A stretch of DNA of 63,665 bases, counting the filler, from Rhabdomonas costata (Eukaryota): the NCBI GenBank assembly GCA_019059605.1. It is 50 parts of 50 records of this genome, joined end to end, with 100 filler letters (N's around TTAATTAATTAA, not from the genome) between each part and the next. Parts side by side here need not be neighbours in the genome. Positions count along the whole stretch, not along the records: positions 1 to 1,176 come from JAHMHO010024938.1; positions 1,277 to 2,452 come from JAHMHO010024939.1; positions 2,553 to 3,729 come from JAHMHO010024940.1; positions 3,830 to 5,003 come from JAHMHO010024941.1; positions 5,104 to 6,279 come from JAHMHO010024942.1; positions 6,380 to 7,556 come from JAHMHO010024943.1; positions 7,657 to 8,831 come from JAHMHO010024944.1; positions 8,932 to 10,107 come from JAHMHO010024945.1; 42 more parts are not named here. One strand, 5' to 3'. A model generated the notes under the pieces. The model was given only the letters and a program-made list of their open reading frames with translations. It ran no database searches and was not told where the DNA came from. This document shows, one piece after another, positions 1 through 11,803 of the stretch. How positions within the stretch are numbered: position 1 is the first letter of the stretch; every line of letters starts with the position of its first letter. The position numbers and the translations under genes are program-made.

Positions 1-474
1 AAGGTCCGGATCTGGGGCGGGTGCAGGAAACTTTGTATTGAGGCGATTGGGTTCCACGAATGTCATCAATATGCACGCACAGGCATCTGCGAGTACAGCG
101 CAATTATGTGTCAACAATTAGGCCGCCCTCGCAAAAACCCGCGTAAGATGGGGGGTCCTCCCAAGGGGCTTCGGCGGGCCCACCTCCCAATGCCATCCGG
201 TGAGCGTTCAACCTTTTCTGCTAACCCGTTTTTGGGTGCATTACGAAAGTGTCAGCCAAGAGATTTCCAGCAATGCCGGCGTTGTGCCCCGTTATCAACC
301 ACCCACTGCGCTAAACTCATGGTCCTCAGGTGTGTTCGTCTGTGGGTGGAGGCAGGACGACCTGATTCTGAAGTGCGTGTGTGTGACATCCAACATCGCA
401 GTTATGCTTAGGTCTGTGGGGGTCCGATTGTGGGTGATGGGTATCGCAGCTGCTGGATGAGGCCTGTGCCGCAG

Positions 475-590
475 GCCAGGCGGCACACGGCGCGAAGCAG
501 GCATGGACCTCTGCGAAGGTGGCGTTGCGGGAAGCAAAGAAGCAGCAGATGGCCCGCGCTGCTGAGAACCAGAACCTCACCGCTCTTGCG
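475..590 (+). CDS. Internal exon of an unknown helical protein
   Basis: cgcag| acceptor and |gtgtgt donor; reads QAAHGAKQAWTSAKVALREAKKQQMARAAENQNLTALA. No family recognised. Confidence 0.35.
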
Positions 591-1287
591 GTGTGTTACC
601 GGGTGCGTAGTGAGGTCTGGGGAAGTGGTACTTGTGGCTGTCGGAGGGTCAGCAAAACTGAAGTGCTGGCTATTCTTGTCCGAGGGCGGTTACAAGCTGC
701 TGTGATTGATAATGGGGAGATGGGGTGGTTCTGAGAACTATAGTGATGTCGACCAAGCTCCTATGCCCCTCGTGGGGAGTACAGCAACTGGATAATCGCG
801 TTTGTACAGGTGAAAGTGAGACAGAGGATTTCAAATTGAGCTACTGTAGTGGAGAGGATAAGTTTGCGAAGATTGAGGAGAGGGGGGCTGATGAAAGGGG
901 AACACAAAAAAAACACAATCACGGATGCACGCACTCGCACATGCAGCTGAATTCTGCGGACCTATCTACCATCAGCCAGCACGTCATGCGTTCAGGAACC
1001 CACACCGCCCACCATTGCTACGATGTGTCAGCATAGGTTTCGCCTTTTAGTGGGCCTATGTCTCCTTTTAGCCCCCCTTTTACCGCTTCTGGAAAGCAAG
1101 GCCACTGGAGGTTGCTTTTTCCCGCAGGGGAGGACGCTATCGGAGTTCACACCCCACCACCAAACACACCCACCACNNNNNNNNNNNNNNNNNNNNNNNN
1201 NNNNNNNNNNNNNNNNNNNNTTAATTAATTAANNNNNNNNNNNNNNNNNNNNNNNNNNNNNNNNNNNNNNNNNNNNGGGCGGCACCA

Positions 1288-1548
1288 GGCGTACCGATGT
1301 GGGGCCACGTCCCTTTGTGCAGCCAGCAAGAAGGGCCACCGCGAGACGACGGAGCTTTCGCTGCACCACAAAGCCGACGTCAACCTTTCGATGGTGAATG
1401 GTTCTGTCCCTCTGTTCATTTCCTGCCAGGAGGGCCACCGTTACACGATGGAGCTGCCGCGGCAATAAGGCCGACGTCCACAGGGAAGAGTGTGCTGTAT
1501 TGGCGTCCATTGGTCACACAGAGGTTATGGAGCTGCTGATGGCGAGAT
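1288..1548 (+). pseudogene. Degenerate ankyrin-repeat fragment with a frameshift
   Basis: GATSLCAASKKGHRETTELSLHHKADVN-LSMVNGSVPLFISCQEGHRYTMEL ends at TAA 1466-1468. The repeat resumes in another frame as GNKADVH...ASIGHTEVMELLM, matching the ankyrin consensus G-TPL..A...GH...v.lLl...ADVN. Confidence 0.65.
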
Positions 1549-3607
1549 TTCATCCTCTGAAAATGCAAGAGATCATGGTAAATTTCTTCGTTGGGCGATT
1601 GATTGCTTGGATTTTGAAAAATTATAAGGGAAGTCGAGGCAGAGTAGAGTAAAGCAGAGTAGTTTCTTTATGAGGTTAGGCTGAAAGTTGATTCCCATTC
1701 ACCCCGCATGAACAAATATGGGGCTTCATACCTCTTCCAATAGTCTCAGATTTCGGGGTTCAGAGTCAAAATTTCATTCCCATTTGCTGCCTGTTTCTCC
1801 CTGTACTGGCCGTTTTTCGGCTTCCTCCTCGCTTACCTCCCAAAACACTTCTCGTTTCTTTTGAGCCGGAGCATTTTTTCGATGCGCAGCGACTCTGGGC
1901 TACACCAGCATTTCCTCCCCTTCCACTTTTGCGATGAGGGTCTTGGTCTCTATAATTACCTATCCTAGTGGGTTGCGCTGGTGGCTTCGTTTTTGATTCC
2001 CAAGGGATTGGAGACCAACCTTTCCTGTCCTTCAAGCCCACCACCAAAGCCTGCTGCATGTAAGATGGCGCATTCAGTCACTGACAGGAGATGTCAGTCA
2101 TGCCTCCCACAGTGTTTACCTCCTTCCAAATATCCCCCCCCCTTACATCTCACCACCTGTGCAAAACGGCAGAAGAAGGCCCGTTTTGCTTTCTGAGCTC
2201 TTCGATGTCAGGTATAGTGGGTGGATGCACGACACTTGTTACAGCGGAAGCCCCGGGTCCTCCAGATGACGATTAGCGTGTGTTTTCGAATTTCCGGTTC
2301 AATTCGTTTTCCACGCTGTGGGATGCATACTTAGGTTTTTGCGCCAGGATGCTGCCATCGCCAGGTTCCCGCAGATCCCGCCGTTCTCCACTGCATCGGC
2401 CATACCTGGGTCAGATGACACACACCAGATAGACCCACACACTTCGGAGTGGNNNNNNNNNNNNNNNNNNNNNNNNNNNNNNNNNNNNNNNNNNNNTTAA
2501 TTAATTAANNNNNNNNNNNNNNNNNNNNNNNNNNNNNNNNNNNNNNNNNNNNACTTTTTCACCTTTTCAAAGATTTCCCGTGTCCTTGTTGAAAACGCAT
2601 TAAACGTACCCGCGGGGAACCCTCCTAGGCGGTCTCAACATCTGCATCAAGTAGGACAGACAAAAAGACACCTTCATATCACACCATATCACATAGACTC
2701 ATGCAAAATAAGGTAAGAGACCACTGCGACGGATGGGGGCGAAACACAAAGACCGCAGTGAGTTAGACATCGCCGGCCAGTTTGAAGACATCCCCGTGTG
2801 ACATGTGACATGTGACATGTGCAACCATTCTGGTTGCGGAGACACAAAGCTACTGCTACACGTTGGATGCGGGATGGCGGAGCAACCCGACGGCATACTA
2901 CCCGTTCTTTTCTTAACCCCCGCACAATTTTGTTTCGTGTAAATGTCGTATCACCTATGCCAGGCGCGGAGGTGGTTGTGAAGACAGAAATGGTTACTCA
3001 TTGTGAACATAAGGGTAGATTCTAATAACTATTGGGCGCAACATCTAGGAGGAACGTAGCGACAGTTAAGCAGGGGTCAGCGTACCGACAAATCATGGGA
3101 ACTAAGACATTTAGGAGAAAATGACACGCAGTGGAGTATGCGACCTAGCAAACTCTTGATGGACCAGCAAACTCAGTGAGTAGTGTAGTGGTTTGTATTT
3201 GGTATTGTTTCTTTCACGCGGAGAGTAGTAGAGCTAGTGGAGTAGAGAGCGCAGCGAGAGATTCGCCGTATGATATCTTCTATATCAGCTTCTATACCAT
3301 CAGTGTCTGCATCACAGCAACTGATTAACACACCATAAATCGTGATTGCTAGCAGTGGGGAGCGGATCAACATCACCAATTGCTATCTCTACTTACATAT
3401 CCACCACGTATCATCAATGGTAGCGACTGACAGCCAACGCACATAGAGGTATTTCTCGCATCATATGTAGTGATTGCTACCTGTAGAATTTACAACAGCT
3501 GGTATTTTTTTACTCTTTCTACCATGTGGAAATTTCTTGCACACATTGATGAAAGGTACTCGCGAGGGCATTTTTACATTTTTTATAGGAATTTCGCGCA
3601 GGTGGGT

Positions 3608-3724
3608 GTGGTCTCCTTCTGAGAGCTCCGTACAACTGGATTCTTTGGTCTCAAAATTACCACTATTGGGTGTACTTTTGAGACCAAAGAATCCAGTTGT
3701 ACGGAGCTCTCAGAAGGAGACCAC
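3608..3724. repeat. Perfect fold-back inverted repeat at contig end (49-bp arms, 19-nt loop)
   Basis: 3608-3656 is the reverse complement of 3676-3724, and the contig ends at 3729. Probably a library or amplification chimera. Confidence 0.9.
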
Positions 3725-3850
3725 CCCCCNNNNNNNNNNNNNNNNNNNNNNNNNNNNNNNNNNNNNNNNNNNNTTAATTAATTAANNNNNNNNNNNNNNN
3801 NNNNNNNNNNNNNNNNNNNNNNNNNNNNNGTTGGGGGGTGGTAGTGCTAT

Positions 3851-4837
3851 TTGGAGGCAGTGCTCCCTTCTGCCTTTGCCGTCTTTACAACTCCTGCGCC
3901 CAATACTTTTGCTGTTATTACATTGGGAGCTTTGGACCTCAATCAGGACATAAGTTGGGTCCTTGTCGTGGCGACGAACTCGGAGTCATGGACTCGGAAG
4001 ATCTACTCGGGGTCCCAGGTCACTGCGGGGATCGTGGCAGCCTGCATTGTGAGGTGAGTGAGTGTACTTTCGCCACTCTTAGAAAACTCAGAAAAATCAG
4101 TCAGTGTTACCCTCACTTCCCTTTTTTTGTGTTAAATAGCAAACAACCAGAGTGATTCAATGTCCAGTTCGGCTGCCCATCGAAATTTATCGACAACTGT
4201 TGTTATTTTAACATGCAAAAGGTTAGGTAGATGATGCCCGCACCCTCAAAGTGGTATTTTTTGTGCAAGGGGGTCAGGTGACCTGTGTCAATGTTGTTGA
4301 GAGTTTTCTTGGCCAAACGAAAAAGGTGATGCTAGCTAAGGACTCCGCAATGCGGCTGGGGCGGGAACGTGACGAGGGGTGCCTTTAACGAGTTTTCAAG
4401 TATTGTCCAATGGGAAATCCTTTACCGCTGTTACGCTTACCCCCCACTCACCCACCCACACACGCCAATTGCGCCACTACAGAGCCCCAGAAGAGACCTG
4501 TCCCACATTGTGCAAGTGGCTCGCTGGATCGCTCACGGCACCGAAGGCCTGTCCCTTTCGCAACAATTTTGAATTCTCACCTTTGCACGGGTGTGCTGTT
4601 TTTGCCAGCGCCTGCATCCTGACGATGGCCTTGGTGCGCGTATTCACCTCTCCACTGAGCCAGCTCGTGGAGGACATGTGGCTGTTGAGCCGGATGAAGG
4701 TCACCCAGCCCATGGCCTTCCCTCGGTCCTTTCTCACCGAGGTCAACGCGCTGACGAAGTCCTTTGAGAAGCTCTGCAGCAACCTCCGGGAATACCGCAA
4801 GTTTATGCCAGAGACCCTGTGGGTGGCCGACGGGCAG
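3851..4837 (+). CDS. Receptor-type adenylate/guanylate cyclase fragment (end of sensor domain, TM helix, HAMP, pre-cyclase helix), 2 exons
   Basis: Exons ~3851-4053 and 4609-4837 join in phase 2 (gtgagt...ccag): ...DISWVLVVATNSESWTRKIYSGSQVTAGIVAACIVS-ACILTMALVRVFTSPLSQLVEDM...SFLTEVNALTKSFEKLCSNLREYRKFMPETL. The HAMP motif (PL..L...M; EV..L...F) and the L..Y.KF.P helix are typical upstream of class III cyclase domains. Confidence 0.75.
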
Positions 4838-5103
4838 GTCGCTCTTAGGCTCGCGGCGGACAAGGCATGCAGTCATATGAGCCTTCGGTCGTGCAGTGGG
4901 ATGCGGTGCTGTACTTTCAGCCATTTTCGGCCACAACCCCCATCGTTGGCCTTAGTTTTGGCCCTTTGTCCCCCAAAAAGTCGTTCCATAGTATAACCCC
5001 CAANNNNNNNNNNNNNNNNNNNNNNNNNNNNNNNNNNNNNNNNNNNNTTAATTAATTAANNNNNNNNNNNNNNNNNNNNNNNNNNNNNNNNNNNNNNNNN
5101 NNN

Positions 5104-5972
5104 GTGGTGTGCTGAATTGAAAGGTCCCCGGAGGCGACTCGCCCATCGTGAATGGACGACTGCATGCCTCTGTGAAAGAAAAGTCGCCAGTGGCGTCATG
5201 ATGATATCATGTCATCATATTTGTAGTTTTCTACGTCCCTTGAAAGGGCGGTGTGCTTTCAGTCCAACGCTTTGTGCCCCATACGCTGCCAAAGAAGAAC
5301 AGCTCCGAGGGCCCGGTGGGGCTGAGGAGGGCGTTCAAAAGGTGGCGAAGCACGGCGGCCAGAGCCTCACCGTGGGCGGCGGGAACAGGGGAGTTCCACG
5401 CTGCACCATGAAATGGGAAAACCAAAAAGCGAAATCATCAGGGTCCTACAAAGATGGTCGTATCGGAGTCGATTTGGGATTGGATGAGATCTCCACATCT
5501 TTGGAGGCATTGGTTACACTGATTTAAATTGTTTTTGTATGCCTTGCTCTGCGCGTGACAGTAAAGCAACGGTTGCAAATGGACTTATTCCTGACAGAAG
5601 CGAAGACAGAAGCCACACATACATCTATTCCAGTGGTATTTTGGGATAACCCAGACCCATCACCAACCTCATTCCTCACCTTCAAGGGTGTCGTGGGCCA
5701 AGAGCATGATCTCCTGCAAGGCGTGGTGCACCGCAGAGCCAGGCCCCACACGCAGCTCTTCCAGAAGCGTCAGCACGCCACTGCCAGTGCGTGAACAAAA
5801 AACAGGCATAAGCAATCTACAATTCCGCAAAGAAAAACTAATCCAATTTCCCGGCACAAAGGCCACCAATACAAGAATCAGGCGAAAATTCATTCTTACA
5901 CACCCGCGCGCCATCGTGAGCACCTTCAGCAGCAGTTCGCCCGAGGATACGATGTATGGGATTGGTCGGCAG
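5104..5972 (-). CDS. Multi-exon fragment of an unknown alpha-helical protein
   Basis: Phase-compatible GT-AG exons 5972-5904, 5780-5680, 5400-~5285 and probably 5169-5104: CRPIPYIVSSGELLLKVLTMARG-GVLTLLEELRVGPGSAVHHALQEIMLLAHDTLE-AWNSPVPAAHGEALAAVLRHLLNALLSP. Confidence 0.6.
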
Positions 5973-6730
5973 CTGCAGAAAGTAAGAAGGGGGTTGGTCG
6001 GCACGTGACTGAGGTTAGCCCAAAAGCAAAGGGCAAGTGTAAGCCTTCGAAAAACCAGGATTGAGCGAGAAATCCACATGGAAACCCATTATGCAGCTTT
6101 ATCGCGGATTTTCCAGAGGACAGTAAGCAGTTCCAACGGGGCTCTGGCATGGGAACCACACAAGGGCACTGGCACCTTCGCAAACCGCGAGCCATTGCAT
6201 GCCCCAGTAAGCGAGGGTTCCCATTTTCGACTCGCATTACAAGCGAAAGTCCCACAACAACCAAACACACACACAACAANNNNNNNNNNNNNNNNNNNNN
6301 NNNNNNNNNNNNNNNNNNNNNNNTTAATTAATTAANNNNNNNNNNNNNNNNNNNNNNNNNNNNNNNNNNNNNNNNNNNNTGTGTTGGGGACCAGTGTCAC
6401 TTACGTTTCATAAATTCATAGCTTTCATAAAGTAAAAATCTGAAATTTATTTTAGCTTTCATGAAATTGAAGGTAACGTGCCCCTGAGGGTGAGCGCTTC
6501 CAGACCCAACTTTCTCGTGGTTTGCGATTTCTCGCCCCTGATTACGAGATAGGATTTCGACACCAGTAAATCACGGGCATCGCGGACGAACCCCCTCCCC
6601 CCAACCGTTGGTTGAGCTCGGTAGCTTTGGGACTTTGGGTAGGTGGCATTTGCGACCGAGGGGGCATGCAACGGTTCGGTGCCGCAAGCGTCGATTTTCA
6701 GCCGTCGTTCCATCTTTTTTCATTTTCCAG

Positions 6731-6991
6731 GTGTTTTCACTGAGTTGCTCTCCAGTATTGGAGTCAGGGACGTTTACTGCGAGGAGATCTGGTCCTTGGA
6801 AGACAGGGAGGTCATTGATAGACTAAGGTATTTGTTCTGGTGCTTGTGCATGTGCATTTTGAGTGTGTGCTTCTTCTTGTCCGCGATGTTTCAGGCCGAT
6901 TTTCGGCTTGGTGTTTCTCTTCAAGTACAAAGACGAAGGCAAACAAGACGATCGCAGCGTAGCTGCACCTCATGTATACTTTGCCAAGCAG
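6731..6991 (+). CDS. UCHL5: Ubiquitin carboxyl-terminal hydrolase, peptidase C12 (UCH37/UCHL5-like), 2 exons
   Basis: Exons 6731-6827 and 6895-6991: GVFTELLSSIGVRDVYCEEIWSLEDREVIDRLR-PIFGLVFLFKYK...HVYFAKQ, matching the UCH N-terminal motifs PGVFTEL, GL.FLFK and FA.Q. Confidence 0.92.
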
Positions 6992-7462
6992 GTTGTACAT
7001 TTCTTCGCCTCATAATAAGAGTGCCGATCTCTCCTCTCCCAAAGCGATGTTCACGCGGAAGGGGGTGGTGTGGCTTCCACAGCAGTATTATATTGTTGTT
7101 GAATTTGAACGCTGTTTTGCTAATTAGCGTCCCTTTTTTTTGTGGGGGCTTATTTTTTCTTCTGAAAGCTCGCTTTGGGTCGTCGCACCCCCGGCCCTTA
7201 ATCACTGCGAGCTTGGTCAATGCCACCGAAAATGAAAAAGGCGGGAATCTGCCCAGGCGGTCTCTAATTCCGCTCGCTAATAGCGGACTCACAAGAAACA
7301 AAGAATACGCGAGTGGAAAGGGAAGGACCGCGGTGAAACGGCGAAGAAGAAGCGAACACGTGGAACAAATAAACAAGCAAACTTGCGAACAAGCAAACAA
7401 ACCAAAACCCCATCAACCTGCGAACTCACTAACAGGCTGTCGTTTAGAATGAGAGATGGGGG

Positions 7463-7547
7463 GAGGTCGGGGGCTTTACGGGTCCATCTCCACCGGTCAA
7501 GAGTCCGGCTCATCGCCGGGAAATGGACCCGTAAAGCCCCCGACCTC
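7463..7547. repeat. Fold-back inverted repeat at contig end (25-bp arms)
   Basis: 7463-7487 is the reverse complement of 7523-7547, and the contig ends at 7556. Confidence 0.85.
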
Positions 7548-8094
7548 ACCCCACCCNNNNNNNNNNNNNNNNNNNNNNNNNNNNNNNNNNNNNNNNNNNN
7601 TTAATTAATTAANNNNNNNNNNNNNNNNNNNNNNNNNNNNNNNNNNNNNNNNNNNNGGTGGATACGGCGGTCTTTCTTCATTAATTGAGAGTTTTTTGGG
7701 GGGGGATTGGGCGTGTACATGGTTGGCGTTCGGGTTGCGCTCAGAGTTGAGTTATTTAACGTTTACGCATTAGTTGAGTTGGCTAACACCAATGAGATGC
7801 AACCTGGGTGCATCCGCCTGTCCTCCGCTCCGGATTTTTGTAATCCTATTCATTCACTGTTGCGATCAAGGTTCGGATTCGGTGGGGGTCTTTTTACTTT
7901 GCGGTTTGTTGCTAACTTCCTTTTGAAGCTTGCGTGCGGTTGCGGTTTTTATCACCTCGAAAGCTTTGCGACTGTGCCCCCACGCGTGGGCTGGTGAAGC
8001 TGGGCAGCTTGAACCATGTATAGAGGGCACACACATGCCACCTTCCTAACCGTGCTAAGCCCGCGAAGCTGCATGGAAAGAGCAGTGCCCATAC

Positions 8095-8588
8095 CCGATG
8101 TCCACCACCCACTTCAGCTCCGTCGTGGTCTGCAACTCCGGCAGGGGGGCCTTCACCTGGAGCGCAACAGCGGGTGACATGGCGGTGGAGGTCCCAAGAG
8201 AAGGGGAGGACGTACGTATAGAAGAGGAGTAGTAAGCAATGCCCAATACCTTTAAGTATCACAACTGCCGATCCTAAACCCCAACAGACGCTCGCGTTGA
8301 GCAATAATACGATCGCGCGCCGGCAGATTGCCACCTTAAGTCGTTAGAGGCAAAGAACACAAATGACTCATACGTCCTGCAGTCTGAGGGTTGAAATAGG
8401 GATTTCCGCTCAACAGCAGCTTGAACAAAATCATACAAACACAAAGACACAAACGCACACACCACTTCCTTGGGGGATTCTGGACCGGGCTCCTTCTCGT
8501 CGTCCTGCCATGCCAGGTCAGGCTCATCGTCCGGGGCCAGCGGGACCGGCGGTAGGATACGCCTCATGGTCGGGAAGGAAATCTCTCC
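8095..8588 (-). CDS. Putative small exons of an unknown protein
   Basis: Exon-like blocks 8588-~8460 (EISFPTMRRILPPVPLAPDDEPDLAWQDDEKEPGPESPKE) and 8156-8095 (VKAPLPELQTTTELKWVVDIG) with cag| acceptors and GT donors. Intermediate exons are uncertain. Confidence 0.4.
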
Positions 8589-9388
8589 CTGTGAGGAATC
8601 AGCAGTTTATTGTGGGGGGAGGGGGCGGAACGTGAAGCTCAACAGAATTCCCAAAATTTTTCGTACCCGGATACATTCAGATGGGTTGAACACCATAGAC
8701 AGCTACGCACAAGCCATGAGCTCGTGGGGGTCCCCCGTCTGATCTTTAACAATTGACTTGCCTCCACCTGCCCGCTGTGTGGCAACCAGTTACCTGCAGT
8801 TGCCTGCAGTTCGAACTAAAGACCACAAAACNNNNNNNNNNNNNNNNNNNNNNNNNNNNNNNNNNNNNNNNNNNNTTAATTAATTAANNNNNNNNNNNNN
8901 NNNNNNNNNNNNNNNNNNNNNNNNNNNNNNNGTTTTTGGGGGGGGAGGGAGCGCCTCGGGCGACGTAGCGCCGCCGACCGAGGAATTGTGAGTCAGTTGG
9001 CACTAAGCTTCAACCCGAAGCTGTCCACGCTGGTGATCGCAAGGGTCACGTCGTCCTGATGGCTGCAGTGATCAGGTGTCAGCAGCCAGGTCAGAAGCCA
9101 GGTCAGCTGAATACAGGAAATCAGGGGGTGAGAGCTGCGGGGACAGCGGGAAGGTGGGGTGATCTCTCAGATGATCGCGTGCGTGGGTGCATGCAGCTTA
9201 TCCGCCTGCACAGTATCAAGGGAACCTTCAGTTTCTTTGCCGTGGGCACGTGTCAAGCTGTGAGGAGCGAGCGAGCCGCGGAGTAAGGGGGACCAGGAAG
9301 GGGACCAGGAAGTTGGTAGAGGAGGACAAGCAGGCTACCAAGCCAAGACGCAGCACCGGCAGTGACTGGTCCATCCTTGCCTTGCGCG

Positions 9389-9888
9389 CTACAGCCAAGA
9401 GGCTGCAAGCCAGTGGTTGATGTTGTTCACCGAGCTTCCCTCCGTGCCAGAGACCCCAATACACATTGGTTGCAAAAGGATTGCACACCCCAGCGCCGCG
9501 GAGGCGCTGTCAGCATCGTTGTACCACTTCTTTGGTTTGGTTTTGATATATTCTTCTATAGGACGCAGCTGCCAAGCAAGTTTGATGCTCTGTTTGGTGA
9601 GATTCCAAGTGCAACGCGGGTGCCCCCCAAAAGATAAAAACAACTGCTGGTTTCCAGTCGGGTCCAGATGAGGGGGCTGTTGCAAATTCTTTTTTTTCGG
9701 GGGGGGGGTTAGAGTGAAAAAATCTTTTACAGCCGTTAAACGGGAAAACGGAAGAACGGTAGAAAAATAGAACGGCAGAACGGGAGAACGGCAAAACTTA
9801 AATTTTCCTAAACGAAAATCGGCAACTAGGGGGCAGCAGAACAGTAAACCTAACCCCCATTTGAAAAATCATCTTTTCCATCACCCTG
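9389..9888 (-). mobile_element. Possible degenerate hAT-family DNA transposon end with transposase remnant
   Basis: The minus strand reads CAGGGTGATGGAAAA at 9888-9874 (resembling the Ac TIR CAGGGATGAAA), then six AACGG motifs (9739-9791), then PRCTWNLTKQSIKLAWQLRPIEEYI...LLQPMCIGVSGTEGS, loosely like the hAT tRWnS and lL.P...t..leg motifs. Confidence 0.35.
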
Positions 9889-10207
9889 CGCTGGAAAATA
9901 ACCCTTCTTTGGAAAAAAAAAGATTGCATTTGATGGTGGTCAACGTTTAACACCGTTAAACACCAAAAAAAAAATTTGCATGACCCCCAATGGCACGCGT
10001 GCCCGGGTCAAGCGACCGGTAACGCCGCGGGCTGTCTTCCGCCTCTAAACTACTGTTGTCGATCAAGAAAGTTCAAAGAGTTAACGTTAACGCCCCACAC
10101 CCCCCACNNNNNNNNNNNNNNNNNNNNNNNNNNNNNNNNNNNNNNNNNNNNTTAATTAATTAANNNNNNNNNNNNNNNNNNNNNNNNNNNNNNNNNNNNN
10201 NNNNNNN

Positions 10208-10700
10208 GTTGTTGAAATGCTCAAAAAGCTCGTTTGGCCCAATATCGGCCTTTTCTGCGTAAAAAAAAAATCGGCCGCTTCAAGCCTCTAAAGCGTGTTT
10301 TTTGTGTTCTACGACTCCAAAAATGAGGGAATTCGTCACCTTTTCTGGCTTGGACTCCAAGTCTACTTCGTTTTATAGTCCGAAAACACGATTTGAGCGT
10401 TTTTTGAGAAAAAAAGTTCGGCAATGTCCGCGGGCCCAAAAATTGAATTTTTCATGAGGAGGAGTGCGTGGTTCGAAAAATATAAATCGTCGAATTTTTG
10501 CCCCGGACTTTATCCGTAGGGTGGCCCACCCAACCGAACCTGGAGCTTGAAGGCCCTATGGAGGCTTGAAAAGTCAACTACTTCACGCAAAAAAAAAGCG
10601 CAGCTCAGTTTTGCCACAGAAGCACAGACAGACACACGGACATGCCTGTATACTAAACCCTACATTTCACTACGTTCACTTCGTTTCATTTCGGGAATAG
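10208..10700 (+). mobile_element. Non-coding interspersed repeat, Helentron/HINE (DINE-1)-like end
   Basis: Non-coding block ending in CACAGACAGACACACGGACATG...TATACTAAACCC-N-CGGGAATAG, i.e. the microsatellite, GGACATG and terminal stem order seen in DINE-1/HINE elements. Confidence 0.35.
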
Positions 10701-10763
10701 AGTCGGTATAGGGGGGAGGGCAGTCAGCAAACGTAACCGTTTCCAACCCGCTGCTCGCTGCAG

Positions 10764-10837
10764 GGTCTCCTTTGGAAGGCCTCAACATCAACGACTTGAA
10801 GTCCTGCTCCGGCTGCCCGAACTGCCCCAAGCCCTGA
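10764..10837 (+). CDS. Putative terminal exon with a Cys-rich tail
   Basis: ctgcag| then SPLEGLNINDLKSCSGCPNCPKP-TGA with GC3-rich codons. Confidence 0.45.
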
Positions 10838-11637
10838 TATTTTCACCCTCTCTTTTCTCTAGACCTCAGACTTCAACAGTCCACTATGGCAGCTATCTTG
10901 TTCTTCTGTGTTGTATTTTTTTAGCTGGCTGCTTCTTTCCACTGCACCTTGAGGAGCTGGTGCGGTGACGGGGTTCAGTGCCCCTTTTCGCTGCCCACTT
11001 GAAAAGATCACCCTGGGTACATTTCGGGCATTGGATAATAGTGAATAGTGCCATACTGTGCCTTAGGTCATAAGTTTTCCTTTGGAAGAAGAACGCTTTG
11101 AGGGCCACCTGGCCCGCCTGCAACTATTTTTGTTGTGTTGCTATCTGTGTTATCAAAAGAGCCCCAGAATTAGATTCAATTTAGATTGGCTGAATAATGG
11201 CTCATCTCATGGCTAGTTGTGTTCAACCCAATTTGCCAGGTTCTTTTTCAGTGGTGGTTGCTCTTTCAGCGAGCTGTTGAAACGGTTGTCAAGTATCGGA
11301 GGGTTTATGCTGTTTCCCCCCCCCCATTCTCTACCTCCTTCCCACCTGCATGTTCTTTTTGTTGACACGTGTCAACAAAAACANNNNNNNNNNNNNNNNN
11401 NNNNNNNNNNNNNNNNNNNNNNNNNNNTTAATTAATTAANNNNNNNNNNNNNNNNNNNNNNNNNNNNNNNNNNNNNNNNNNNNGGGTGAGGCCGGCTGAA
11501 GAGGATAGATAGGCCCACCTACCGGTACAAATACATCACGTAAATCAGATGTGTAATTTTTGGTGTGGAAGAACAAGGTCTTCACTATAGGATTCTCTCA
11601 CCCCTGCCCCACCAATAACAACGTCCAGCAGGGCCAC

Positions 11638-11803
11638 CTGCAAGAACGACATAAACTTGGGGTACTCCGAGCGCATCAGATCCGGGTTCATGTGCTTGTA
11701 CCGCCGCGACACCTCCAGCACGCGGCTGTAGAACTCCAGGCTGGAGCTCAGGCCCTTCTGGCGCAGCAAAGACAGCACAGAGGCAATCGAGGAGTCGTGT
11801 TTC
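11638..11803 (-). CDS. UPF0652/DUF2009-family protein exon
   Basis: GT-AG exon KHDSSIASVLSLLRQKGLSSSLEFYSRVLEVSRRYKHMNPDLMRSEYPKFMSFLQ matches the recalled family motif FE.gRRYKimNPekMRseYgKl.y.LQ. Confidence 0.7.
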
